A DNA stretch of 64,000 nt from Bdellovibrionales bacterium (GTDB lineage: Bacteria > Bdellovibrionota > Bdellovibrionia > Bdellovibrionales > JAUICD01). Shown here piece by piece: positions 9,394 through 18,615 of this stretch. Location of the stretch: NCBI GenBank assembly GCA_965262715.1, contig OZ253553.1, forward strand, positions 800,001-864,000. The letters are read 5' to 3'. Position numbers and translations under genes: made by a program. Below the pieces are notes generated by a model. That model had not been told where the DNA came from. It saw only the letters and a program-made list of their open reading frames with translations, and made no database searches. Every line of letters begins with the position of its first letter. The stretch's first letter is position 1.

Positions 9394-12300
9394 GTGAATA
9401 TGGGAAAAATTGATCCAAAGTCGACAGGAGGAGAAGGCTTCGATTTTGAAGACAAGATTGGTGCATATTTCTTATCTTTTCTCTTAGTAGGCAAAAACCC
9501 ATTCTCCTTATTGTCCTTGGGGCGATTTACAACTATAAAATTTCAGAGGAAAGTAGATGGTTGGGAGTTTGACGACATTATCCTTGAGTTCGATTCAGGT
9601 AACCTAGAAAAGAAAATTGCGTTTTCCGTGAAAAGCAATTCTCAAATCACAGCCAATAAGTTTCCACCTGATCTCGTGGAATCAATCTGGAAGCAGTTTT
9701 GTAAGACAGAGGGAAATCCTTTTAGGTCCAAACATGACTACTTGGGGCTTGTAACTTCAGGTACATCCACCGCGGCGATTGAATCATATCGCAAGCTTCG
9801 CAACTTTGCCTCAAACCACAAAGGAATGGATATGGAAATACATATCAAACAGCCAGAATTTACAAGTCAACAGGTTCGAAACCTGTTCGATAGTTTTGTA
9901 AAACCATCAGTAGTAGACTGCAACCAAAACATACAACGAGCCGAGATTATTGAACGATTAATTCACTTTGACGTAAATCTTGATGATCCAACGTCCCCTT
10001 ATTTGCAAAATGCATTTGGCAATTTAGCTTCGGCACTAGTCAGTGGTGAAGCGAACAACCTTTGGGTAAAACTTCAGCACATGGTAAAGACATCTCGTAC
10101 AGTTTCCGGTGAGATTACCTTTTCTATTCTTATTAAAGAACTAAATAATTCATTCAAAATTAAAGGCCACTACGATTTAGATTCCGATTTAGAAAAGCTT
10201 AAAGAGTTTCAAGAAACTGAAATTGGAAAGATAAAGTCTACAATTGGAAGTAGCTTTTCAGTTGAAAGAAAAATGGATTTTTCTGAACAGTTTAAAAAAG
10301 AACAAGTCAATGCCCTCATAGGAGAATCGGGAATTGGAAAATCTGTTCTCCTCAAACAATGGGTTTGTAAAGCTGGGAAACCCGTCATTTGGTTGCCGTA
10401 TTCAATCTTCAATGCCAGAACACTTGTCGAAGTTAATACTTTGTTAGGGATAAAGAATAATTTGTTTGACATCCTTCAATACGGCCCTAGTGAACAGATT
10501 ATTATAATTGATGCCGTTGATAGACTTACAAGTACGGAAAATCGCGAATTACTAAAGTCCTTCCTAGTAAAGTTCCAAAAAATTTCAAGAAATCGCCACC
10601 TCTGTATTATTAGCTCACAAGACCAGATTTGGAGTACACTAGTTGGAAACCTCTCAACACAGGAATTGCTTTTCAATGTAATTTCAGCACCAATGTTTGA
10701 GGAAGATGAACTAAGGATAGTTGAAAATAGATTCCCCAATCTCACAGGCATACTTAAAGAAAGGTCAACAAGAGAGATACTAAAAAATCTGAAATATCTC
10801 GATATTGCAATTCAAATGGCAGAGCGATCTTCACTCGATACTAGTAGATCCATTAGTGAACCTGTACTAATACGTGGATTTTGGAGTTTGCTCAGCGATG
10901 GCGGAGCCAACCAAAAGCAAGTTCTCCTAACAAAGTTGGCCATTGATCAAGCTGATAAGAATGACTTCCTTTCACCTTTTAAAGATTTATCTACTCCTGA
11001 ATCTCAGTTAGTGGACATTTTGGTACGAGAAGGGATTCTTAAAATCCAAGATGGTTACATACGATTCTCACACGATCTATATGGCGATTGGATACGACAA
11101 AGATTTTTACTCTCCCAGAGAACCAAAACAATTCATGAGATTCTTAAACGGAAAAATAACGTTTACTGGCAACAATCAATAAGACTTACGTCATTAGAGA
11201 TTCTAGAGTCAGATGGGTTCGATAGTTGGAAAAAAGAAATAGAGTCATTAAATGAAAGGGGAGATGATGTTCTAGTTGACCTATTTCTTGATATTGCTAT
11301 TACTCCTCTTAATCAAAGATTTATCCTAAAAACTATTAAGGAGTTACTTTTTTCTGACAACTTTAAGGTATTGGATCGATTTCTCAAACGATTTCTTGCG
11401 TATGCTACAGTTCCCAATCCTCAAATTATGAGTATGAGAGAAGAGTTTGAGCTGGATGAACTGACGGCAGCCCAAGTCGATCGAGTCCCTTTGTATACCT
11501 ATTGGCCAAATCTCTTGCAATTTTTGGCAGAAAATTTTGAGAATACAATTAGAGGCAGAGTTCAAATGTCTCAAATCGCTGAGAAATGGTTAAAATTTAC
11601 TCCCAAAGACTTCCCATTTCGTAAAGAGGCCGCAAAAATAGCACTTAATTGTACAAAATGGATTTTTGAGTTTAAAAGAACACCTTATAGCTACCTCGAA
11701 GACGACGCAAACAAGAAGTGCTACCAAGCACTATTGGCTGCATACCCCGAATTACCTAACGAAATAGAAGATCTTTGCCTCAAACTTATTGGCTTGCGTG
11801 AGGATGGTATTGAACGTCCTCCACTGACAGTAATTCCATCAAATTCAAAAGTTTCTCCGCCAATTAATACATTTTCGATCACTCGTAGAAGAATAGAGAA
11901 AAAAGTTCTTCCTAATGGTCCTCAATTTAAGAAAGATCGTGAATTTAGGGATGTATGTCTGGAAGGGCAACCTCTTTGTTATCTAATACAATTTAATCCG
12001 TCGTTAGCGTCTCAAGTTTTGCTTGCTTCAATAATTGATGCTCCCCAAGAATATGAGGATTTATATGATGACGGGCAAATGGATAAACAATTAGGAACAG
12101 ATTATACTCAGGAGTTCTATCCACCGCTTTATTCAAAAGGTCCTTTCATATATTTTTTTAAAACTGCACCTCAACAGGCTCTTGACGCCTTGATTTCCCT
12201 GATTTCACTTGTAACCGACCAATGGGCAGAGAGGGAAAAGAAGAGAGGAAATAACGTATTTGGATTCGAGATCGAAATCAACGGAAATAAAAAATTTTGG

Positions 12301-14619
12301 AGAGGAGATGCACAGGTATTTTTATGGGCCATGGATACGACACATTGTCCTAATGTAGTTGTAGCCTTTCTAATGGCTTTAGAAAAATGGTTTTATGAAA
12401 AGATTGACGCAAAAGAAAATATCGATTCTTGGATTGATCAAATTGTAGAAAAAAGTGATTCACTGGCATTACTTGGCATCTTGGTCTCTATCGCTAAGTA
12501 TAGTCCAAAACTATTTCTGGAAAAGCTTCAATTTTTATCAGTGCTTCCCTATGTAATATGGTGGGACCAACAGTTTTTGTCTCAGAATCGCTTATCAAAT
12601 GTTTATATGATTTCATGGTCTCTACAAGATCGTTTTATGACCAATTTGGCCGTAAAGTGGTTTGAGATGGTACATCGAAAAATCTCTCTCGAACAGTGGG
12701 CAATATATTTACTTTTAAATATTCCCAAAATGCAAAATTTTTTCGCAACTGCAAGGTTTAGTTGGGAAAAAAAATTACAGAAACAACCTAATCGACAACT
12801 AGAGGCACTCTTATGTAAGTTCAACCCGGACAACTATAAAGTTGGCCAACTACCGGATGGCACTCAAGTATGGAACTATACTGTTCCTTCATATCTTCTA
12901 GAGAAACACAAGAAAAGATTTGAAGAGGATGATGCTCAGATGAACATGTTTATGTTCCCAATGAATGTGGAAAAGCTTCTTGATGCCGATTCATTTTCAA
13001 GAGATGAGTTTGCAGTGTTAGTATCAACTATGGAGAATATTAATAATACAGTCAAAAATAAATCCAATGATCCAATATTAGCAACTCCAAAGGATTGTAA
13101 TCTTGCAATAGATGGACTAACGCTTATTGCTGTGAAAAGAAAAGTTATCTCGGTCGATGCTACAACCTTGAGTACAGCAAAGGAAAAGATCGAAAGGGCA
13201 TTAGAAAACCTTTGGAACGATCATGGAGTTACAGGTTACCCTTTTTCAGACCAGAAATATGATATAATTCTGGCAAAAGTAATTGGTCAATTAGCTGAAG
13301 GAAATGAAGAAGATATTTGGATAAGAACACAAGTAGCACGTTTGGTTTGTGGCCCACGGGCAAACTCGATAGCTGCTCTTATTAAGAGTGCAGTATCAGC
13401 CAAAGTTGAACATGCATTTCTCTTAGAGGTTATGGCACTTTTTTTTGAATATTCAAAAATTTGCACTGCTTGGCATAATGTTGATTGTGCTGAAAAGTAT
13501 CCTTATACCAACCAAAAATCGAATTTTATTAAAGCCTTCCTTTGCCGGAATAGTTTTCTCAGAACTAAAGTGTTTCGTGCTTACACACTTGAAGATAGAA
13601 GAAGCTTATTTAGAAATGAAGTTTTTCTTCTTGTTAAAAAGTTTATCAATGACAATTCTATTAAGGCATGGCCAGACTTGGGTTTTAACCCTTATGATTA
13701 CGAATTTACACATGGGCTTAAACTACCTAGAATTAAGAGAGATGTAATTCATCTAGAAGATTTCACTCAAGCTGCTTCATATCTTCCTCCAATAGAGCAG
13801 TGGGATGGTAACTTGTTAGCAGGATGGATTAACTTTTGCACTTCTAGCATGGACCAAATCTCTAGAAGGCTTTCAAAATCAATTGAAGAGTACGGAGATG
13901 TCAAGGATACGCCATATGAGCAGGATAGATGGATAATCAATGAGTTTGCTACTACCTATTATTGGCATGATGACGCAAGACTTGATCAGTCCTTGAGGAC
14001 ATTCTTTGAAGTTGGTGCAGATGGACATTACTGGATTGATGGTTTCGGCAGAAAGTTTTTCATATTAGGTCTTAAAAACACTAATCGCTGGGAAGAACTA
14101 AAATTCAAAATGCAGAAGATATTTGATCTTGCCCTTTCCGTAAAACAGCTACAATCTTCTCGAAGGTCATGGGATGCTGACAAAATTTGGTGTTCCTTGG
14201 TAGGATTGGATGGCTTCACCATTCAATATTTGCCAGACGACTCAAAGCCCTTAATAACAGATATCTTACCTCTTTATAAACGCCTAATTGAAACTCGAAG
14301 TGGCTCCAACGAGTGCCTTAGTCGATTTATCGCTTTATTGTGCAAAGGAGCTGCCGTGAATATTCGCTTAAAAGGACTTGCGATTGTAGCATCCGAACTC
14401 AAAGGGATTGATTATACCGACTACTGGCAAAAACGTTATATTTCAACATATTCATGCTTTTTAACTACTCTCTGGCACGAAAACCAAAATGAGTTGCGAA
14501 GTGATGAGATCGCCTTGGTTAACTTTCAGCAGATTCTCAACGGGTTAATTTCAGTTCAAGATCCTACAGCACTCGAGTTAGCGTCTCAGATCAACTCCTC
14601 GCGACTATCATCGGAATAA
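9394..14619 (+). CDS. Nuclease-STAND/NACHT-like ATPase with large C-terminal sensor (Avs/AVAST-like antiphage protein)
   Basis: N-terminal STGGEGFDFE...DDI...SVK PD-(D/E)XK-like motif; Walker A GESGIGKS; Walker B IIIIDAVD; >1100-aa C-terminal region; visibly more GC-rich than its neighbours. Confidence 0.75.
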   Translation: MNMGKIDPKSTGGEGFDFEDKIGAYFLSFLLVGKNPFSLLSLGRFTTIKFQRKVDGWEFDDIILEFDSGNLEKKIAFSVKSNSQITANKFPPDLVESIWKQFCKTEGNPFRSKHDYLGLVTSGTSTAAIESYRKLRNFASNHKGMDMEIHIKQPEFTSQQVRNLFDSFVKPSVVDCNQNIQRAEIIERLIHFDVNLDDPTSPYLQNAFGNLASALVSGEANNLWVKLQHMVKTSRTVSGEITFSILIKELNNSFKIKGHYDLDSDLEKLKEFQETEIGKIKSTIGSSFSVERKMDFSEQFKKEQVNALIGESGIGKSVLLKQWVCKAGKPVIWLPYSIFNARTLVEVNTLLGIKNNLFDILQYGPSEQIIIIDAVDRLTSTENRELLKSFLVKFQKISRNRHLCIISSQDQIWSTLVGNLSTQELLFNVISAPMFEEDELRIVENRFPNLTGILKERSTREILKNLKYLDIAIQMAERSSLDTSRSISEPVLIRGFWSLLSDGGANQKQVLLTKLAIDQADKNDFLSPFKDLSTPESQLVDILVREGILKIQDGYIRFSHDLYGDWIRQRFLLSQRTKTIHEILKRKNNVYWQQSIRLTSLEILESDGFDSWKKEIESLNERGDDVLVDLFLDIAITPLNQRFILKTIKELLFSDNFKVLDRFLKRFLAYATVPNPQIMSMREEFELDELTAAQVDRVPLYTYWPNLLQFLAENFENTIRGRVQMSQIAEKWLKFTPKDFPFRKEAAKIALNCTKWIFEFKRTPYSYLEDDANKKCYQALLAAYPELPNEIEDLCLKLIGLREDGIERPPLTVIPSNSKVSPPINTFSITRRRIEKKVLPNGPQFKKDREFRDVCLEGQPLCYLIQFNPSLASQVLLASIIDAPQEYEDLYDDGQMDKQLGTDYTQEFYPPLYSKGPFIYFFKTAPQQALDALISLISLVTDQWAEREKKRGNNVFGFEIEINGNKKFWRGDAQVFLWAMDTTHCPNVVVAFLMALEKWFYEKIDAKENIDSWIDQIVEKSDSLALLGILVSIAKYSPKLFLEKLQFLSVLPYVIWWDQQFLSQNRLSNVYMISWSLQDRFMTNLAVKWFEMVHRKISLEQWAIYLLLNIPKMQNFFATARFSWEKKLQKQPNRQLEALLCKFNPDNYKVGQLPDGTQVWNYTVPSYLLEKHKKRFEEDDAQMNMFMFPMNVEKLLDADSFSRDEFAVLVSTMENINNTVKNKSNDPILATPKDCNLAIDGLTLIAVKRKVISVDATTLSTAKEKIERALENLWNDHGVTGYPFSDQKYDIILAKVIGQLAEGNEEDIWIRTQVARLVCGPRANSIAALIKSAVSAKVEHAFLLEVMALFFEYSKICTAWHNVDCAEKYPYTNQKSNFIKAFLCRNSFLRTKVFRAYTLEDRRSLFRNEVFLLVKKFINDNSIKAWPDLGFNPYDYEFTHGLKLPRIKRDVIHLEDFTQAASYLPPIEQWDGNLLAGWINFCTSSMDQISRRLSKSIEEYGDVKDTPYEQDRWIINEFATTYYWHDDARLDQSLRTFFEVGADGHYWIDGFGRKFFILGLKNTNRWEELKFKMQKIFDLALSVKQLQSSRRSWDADKIWCSLVGLDGFTIQYLPDDSKPLITDILPLYKRLIETRSGSNECLSRFIALLCKGAAVNIRLKGLAIVASELKGIDYTDYWQKRYISTYSCFLTTLWHENQNELRSDEIALVNFQQILNGLISVQDPTALELASQINSSRLSSE

Positions 14620-15044
14620 TTTACGAATAGAGAATTATTTTAAATTTGAAAAGTTTTTGTCTTTTTTTCTCATTTATGGCTATTCCATTACTATCTTTTT
14701 TCCATTGAATTATATCAATCATTTTTGTCCTCCTGAACGTGGAGCGTATCCCATTTTTACTGTTTTGACAGCTATCCAAAACTTTAGAATATTGTTTGTT
14801 CATCTATTTGAGATAGTTAGTAGAAAGAGGTAAATAATTAGAGCTACACCCATCCTTGCTTTTCAAACTCTTCATAATAAGGTTTCATATATCTATCATA
14901 AATATTTTTTAAAAATGGATTACTTTTATATTTAGTATCTAAAGTGGATTCTTTAAATATCTTCAATAGATAATCTTTAAAAATGAAACATTTTTCAAAT
15001 GGTGATTTTGGTCTGTACCCATAAACTGGAGAGTTAAGTGATAA

Positions 15045-15324
15045 AATAACTTTCATCAATTTCAATTTCTCCTTTTGAAAAAACACTCTCTTTTTCACAA
15101 AACGCAGCTATTCTTAATCTTATTTTTTTTTAAGATGCGATTGATAGTATTGATGTTTAATTTTGTAAGATGAGCTATTTGTATAGCAGTTAAATCTACT
15201 GAAAAATAACGAATAATTTCTCTAAATTTCTTCTCAGAAATTCGAGAACGAACAAAATACTTGTTTTTCATAGTCATAACAATAAGTTAAACCCTCTGAA
15301 AGTCAACTTAAGTAGTTATGAACC
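15045..15324 (-). pseudogene. IS1595 (ISXO2-like) transposase 5' fragment with left end
   Basis: MKNKYFVRSRISEKKFREII...; after a frameshift in an A run it reads IRLRIAAFCEKESVFSKGEIEIDESYF (first DDE Asp motif), truncated at the IS3 IRL; end GGTTCATAACTACTTAA at 15324. Confidence 0.8.
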
Positions 15325-15566
15325 AAAAAATAAATCAAAAGATGAATGCTTACGCCTCGCATTAAAAGTAATATTTATCTTGAACTAAAAGTTAAAAGAT
15401 AGTATAAGTGACTCTTCTTAAAAAGAGTGAAAGATAATTATAAGGGAGGGGTCAAATATAAGTTTAGGAGGTAATTAAAATGAGTAAAGAAGATAAAAAA
15501 GCCATTTTAATAGGTGTAGGCATAGGTATCGGAATAGGTGTAGTTGCTGTTGCTACGGCCCCGGCT
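15255..15566. repeat. 312-bp direct repeat, left copy, flanking IS1634
   Basis: Identical by eye to 17523-17834; abuts the IS ends exactly. Confidence 0.95.
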
Positions 15567-17522
15567 CCTGAGTTTGACAGTTGCGAAAATAAAGTTAAGT
15601 TATTTTAGTTAGTTACAGTGGATGTGTGATTTTGTACCACTACATTTTGATTTTGTGGTAGAGATTTAAGAGATTGTTTGTAGGTCTAAGTAGATTCTAC
15701 TTTAAGTTGTTTTGATGGGATCTTTGCTCCTATAGCTTTAAATACATCAGCATTGTTACCGTTAATATCTGTTCTGATCCAAAGTGTCTTATCCTTTATC
15801 CTCACAGGTATAGCTCGTACTTCTTTCAGCTTTGACATAGCTTCTGCCACACTCAATGGCCTTGACTTTATTCTCTTGTCTGTAATTGCTTTATCTTTTA
15901 ATGTGATGTTTCTCTGATGTAACTTCTTTGAAAAATAAGCCTCACATAAGTAAGATAAAAAACACACAACTAAATGTCCTAAGATCCTCTTATCTGTCCA
16001 GTGGAACATAGGACGTGTCTTTAATGTACCTTTCAATTCTCTAAATGAATTCTCTACCTTCCATAATTGCTTATAGTTCGTTATAATCTCTTCAGAACTT
16101 AAACTATCTGTATTTGTAATGATTCCAAAAAAACCATCTGTCCTCTCTGATTGTTCTATGGCTGACTTATTTAAAGTAGGCTTGCCTTTACTCTTAGGAT
16201 GAATAATATACTTCTTATAATTGCTATTAGATACAAAATCCTTTGTGCTTGATGACGATTTTGAAAGCTTATCTTCTAACTTAGATAGAATATCTTCTCT
16301 TACTTTCTTATCTCGTTCTGCTCTCTTTCTTGACCAGGTAATTATACAACGATTATCATTATAACTCGTCTCGTATATAGCTAAATTTTCATTTATAAAT
16401 TTAAAATTCTTTAAATTGTATATCTCTGCATGACGATCCTTTAATAAACCTAGCTTTAATCCTACTATAAATTCATCTCCCTTTGCTTTTACAGATTGTA
16501 AATTCTCATTAGAAAATAAACCTCTATCTCCTACTAATATAAATCTTCTGATCTTAAACTTCTTTTTTAGTTTCTCCATAACTGAAGGTATGGTTTTACC
16601 TTCAAAGGTATTTCCAGGATAAACATCAAAGCCTAAGGGCATACCTTCTCTATCTACTAAAAGTCCAAATACCACCTGGGTACAATCACTCCTCTTCTCT
16701 TTGCTATAACCAAATCTTCGAAGATTATCTAAATCCTCTCGGGTACTCTCAAATCTCAATGTCGTTAAATCATACAAAATAACATCACACTCATTGAAAA
16801 AACTTAACTGAGACTTACCTTGTGTATAAAGAGTCTTCTCTATATCTTCCTTATGCTTACTTAGAATATCTAAAGAACGATAAATGTCTTGAAGATGAAG
16901 CTCCTCTTCTAAAAAATCAGGGTAAAATAACTTCTGCCAGTGTGAAAATACTTTAAGCTTAGAACATGGCTCTACAAAACGGCTTATAACCAATGTAAAA
17001 ATAATCTTAACAAAATCAAATTGTACTTTAGGGTGCTTTTGTTTTAAATCTGTTAATAATTCATAGAGATTTAATTGTTTGAAAATAGCATCTATTATAA
17101 GTAAGGGACCTAATATAAAAGTGTCTTTAACATCAATCTCTTTTAATAACTTACTAGCAGGAATTATCTCTAACTCTTTAGATAATACTTCTAGAAGCTT
17201 CTTCAAGTTAACTTCCTTATCCGCGGCTTTACCTAAAGACATTAGAATCCTTTGCTTCACTTGAGAACCTAATCTGTAGCTCTCAACAAGATGATAATAT
17301 ATGTCTCCTCTCGGATTTCTTGTAGACCTTATGAACATAAAAATACATTACAAGAAAAATATAAAAAATAAAAGAAAATAAGGTATATGACGCGTAGTTT
17401 ATGATAAATAAGTACACTACACTTTTTGACCAAAATACAAACACAATAACCGCTAATGACTATAAATACAACATTCCTTGAAAAAAATATCACGAAAATT
17501 CAAATTAAGTGTCAAACTCAGG
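15567..17522 (-). mobile_element. IS1634-family insertion sequence, copy 1
   Basis: Terminal IR CCTGAGTTTGACA / TGTCAAACTCAGG; single transposase; long flanking direct repeat. Confidence 0.93.
15686..17338 (-). CDS. IS1634-family DDE transposase
   Basis: YDLTTLRFE, GYSKEKRSD, GDRG, YKQLWKVENSFRELK, RPMFHW motifs. Confidence 0.95.
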   Translation of the reverse strand: MFIRSTRNPRGDIYYHLVESYRLGSQVKQRILMSLGKAADKEVNLKKLLEVLSKELEIIPASKLLKEIDVKDTFILGPLLIIDAIFKQLNLYELLTDLKQKHPKVQFDFVKIIFTLVISRFVEPCSKLKVFSHWQKLFYPDFLEEELHLQDIYRSLDILSKHKEDIEKTLYTQGKSQLSFFNECDVILYDLTTLRFESTREDLDNLRRFGYSKEKRSDCTQVVFGLLVDREGMPLGFDVYPGNTFEGKTIPSVMEKLKKKFKIRRFILVGDRGLFSNENLQSVKAKGDEFIVGLKLGLLKDRHAEIYNLKNFKFINENLAIYETSYNDNRCIITWSRKRAERDKKVREDILSKLEDKLSKSSSSTKDFVSNSNYKKYIIHPKSKGKPTLNKSAIEQSERTDGFFGIITNTDSLSSEEIITNYKQLWKVENSFRELKGTLKTRPMFHWTDKRILGHLVVCFLSYLCEAYFSKKLHQRNITLKDKAITDKRIKSRPLSVAEAMSKLKEVRAIPVRIKDKTLWIRTDINGNNADVFKAIGAKIPSKQLKVEST

Positions 17523-17834
17523 AAATACTTGTTTTTCATAGTCATAACAATAAGTTAAACCCTCTGAAAGTCAACTTAAGTAGTTATGAACCAAAAAATA
17601 AATCAAAAGATGAATGCTTACGCCTCGCATTAAAAGTAATATTTATCTTGAACTAAAAGTTAAAAGATAGTATAAGTGACTCTTCTTAAAAAGAGTGAAA
17701 GATAATTATAAGGGAGGGGTCAAATATAAGTTTAGGAGGTAATTAAAATGAGTAAAGAAGATAAAAAAGCCATTTTAATAGGTGTAGGCATAGGTATCGG
17801 AATAGGTGTAGTTGCTGTTGCTACGGCCCCGGCT
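17523..17834. repeat. 312-bp direct repeat, right copy
   Basis: Identical by eye to 15255-15566. Confidence 0.95.
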
Positions 17835-17927
17835 TGGTTACCTGCTGCACAAGCGCATGCTTTGCAAGCTGCTGCTGTAGAAAGTGCAAAATATTTATTA
17901 GCAAGTAGTGTCGTTAGTGCTGTTTAA
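17748..17927 (+). CDS. 59-aa Gly/Ala-rich hydrophobic peptide (not in ORF track)
   Basis: AGGAGG RBS; MSKEDKKAILIGVGIGIGIGVVAVATAPAWLPAAQAHALQAAAVESAKYLLASSVVSAV*; truncated IS-fused copy at 15480-15608. Confidence 0.65.
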   Translation: MSKEDKKAILIGVGIGIGIGVVAVATAPAWLPAAQAHALQAAAVESAKYLLASSVVSAV

Positions 17928-18336
17928 AAAAAGACTTTACATTTTGTGTTTTTAATATTGTGAAATCTTTCTTTAGCTCTCTAAAACGAGAAGAGGTTCA
18001 TCTGTGTGAATATAAATCTTTTGAAGATGTATTAAAAAGTATTCCAAAGTTTATTGAAGGAATGTATAACAAAAAAAGGCGACATTCTTCATTAGGTTAC
18101 TTATCACCTAATGAGTTTGAAGCTAAATGGAAAACAGGAGAATTAACAACAATGGGAATCTCAGCAGTGAGTAAATTATGGAACGGATCCTCCAAATAAA
18201 GGGTACACCTCATGAAGTTATAATGACCAATGATATCTAATATAGCTTGAACTGGTTTCACTCAAAATAAACCAACCTCTGGTTGCTTTCTGGCAATGAT
18301 CCTGACGGCTAATGCCCTCAGCAAATAGATCATTGC

Positions 18337-18615
18337 CTAGAAAATCTGTTTATTTTGAGTAAGAAGATACTCTTCATTTTTTAATACCATGTTAGGGAAA
18401 CTATTTAAGTTATATCTAAGTGACCCAAGACTAATCCTATAGAACTTTCTGCGTTCTTTAGCAGTTGGTTTAGCACTGCCTTCAGCTAAGTTAAGCACAA
18501 TACTTAGAGAAGCCCTATGGAACTGGTTTTTAAGGGGTTCTCTTAGATTTAACTTTCTAGAGTTACGATAAAAATTAATAGCTAACTGATAAGTTTTGAA
18601 TTTTTGCATCGTCAT
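18337..18615 (-). pseudogene. Four-helix-bundle (23S rRNA IVS-like) protein, C-terminus replaced by repeat sequence
   Basis: AGGAGG RBS before MTMQ; YQLA..FY, LKNQFHRASLSIVLNLAEGSAK....RRKFYRISLGSLR, then runs into the dispersed hairpin repeat. Confidence 0.75.

Larger units (their letters stand above)
15009..18212 (+). mobile_element. Internally deleted second copy of the IS3 element (IRL ~15009-15050; 3' orfB fragment and IRR ~17963-18212) enclosing foreign DNA
   Basis: TGGTCTGTACCCATAAACTGGAGAGTTAAGTGATAAA nearly identical to the 6303 end; 17963-18212 nearly identical to ~7371-7619. Confidence 0.85.

Noticed and set aside
10209..14222. Short antisense/overlapping ORFs within the STAND gene (and similar ones inside other long CDSs)
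   Set aside because: Shadow ORFs of well-supported genes, with no motifs
14844..15098. 84-aa ORF
   Set aside because: Chimera of IS1595 fragment, IS3 IRL and an unidentified gene tail; not a coherent gene
17456..17656. 66-aa ORF
   Set aside because: Crosses the IS1634 end into the duplicated flank; junction artefact
18337..18615. Four-helix bundle as the Avd of a diversity-generating retroelement
   Set aside because: No reverse transcriptase, and no template/variable repeat pair with adenine-specific differences in the window
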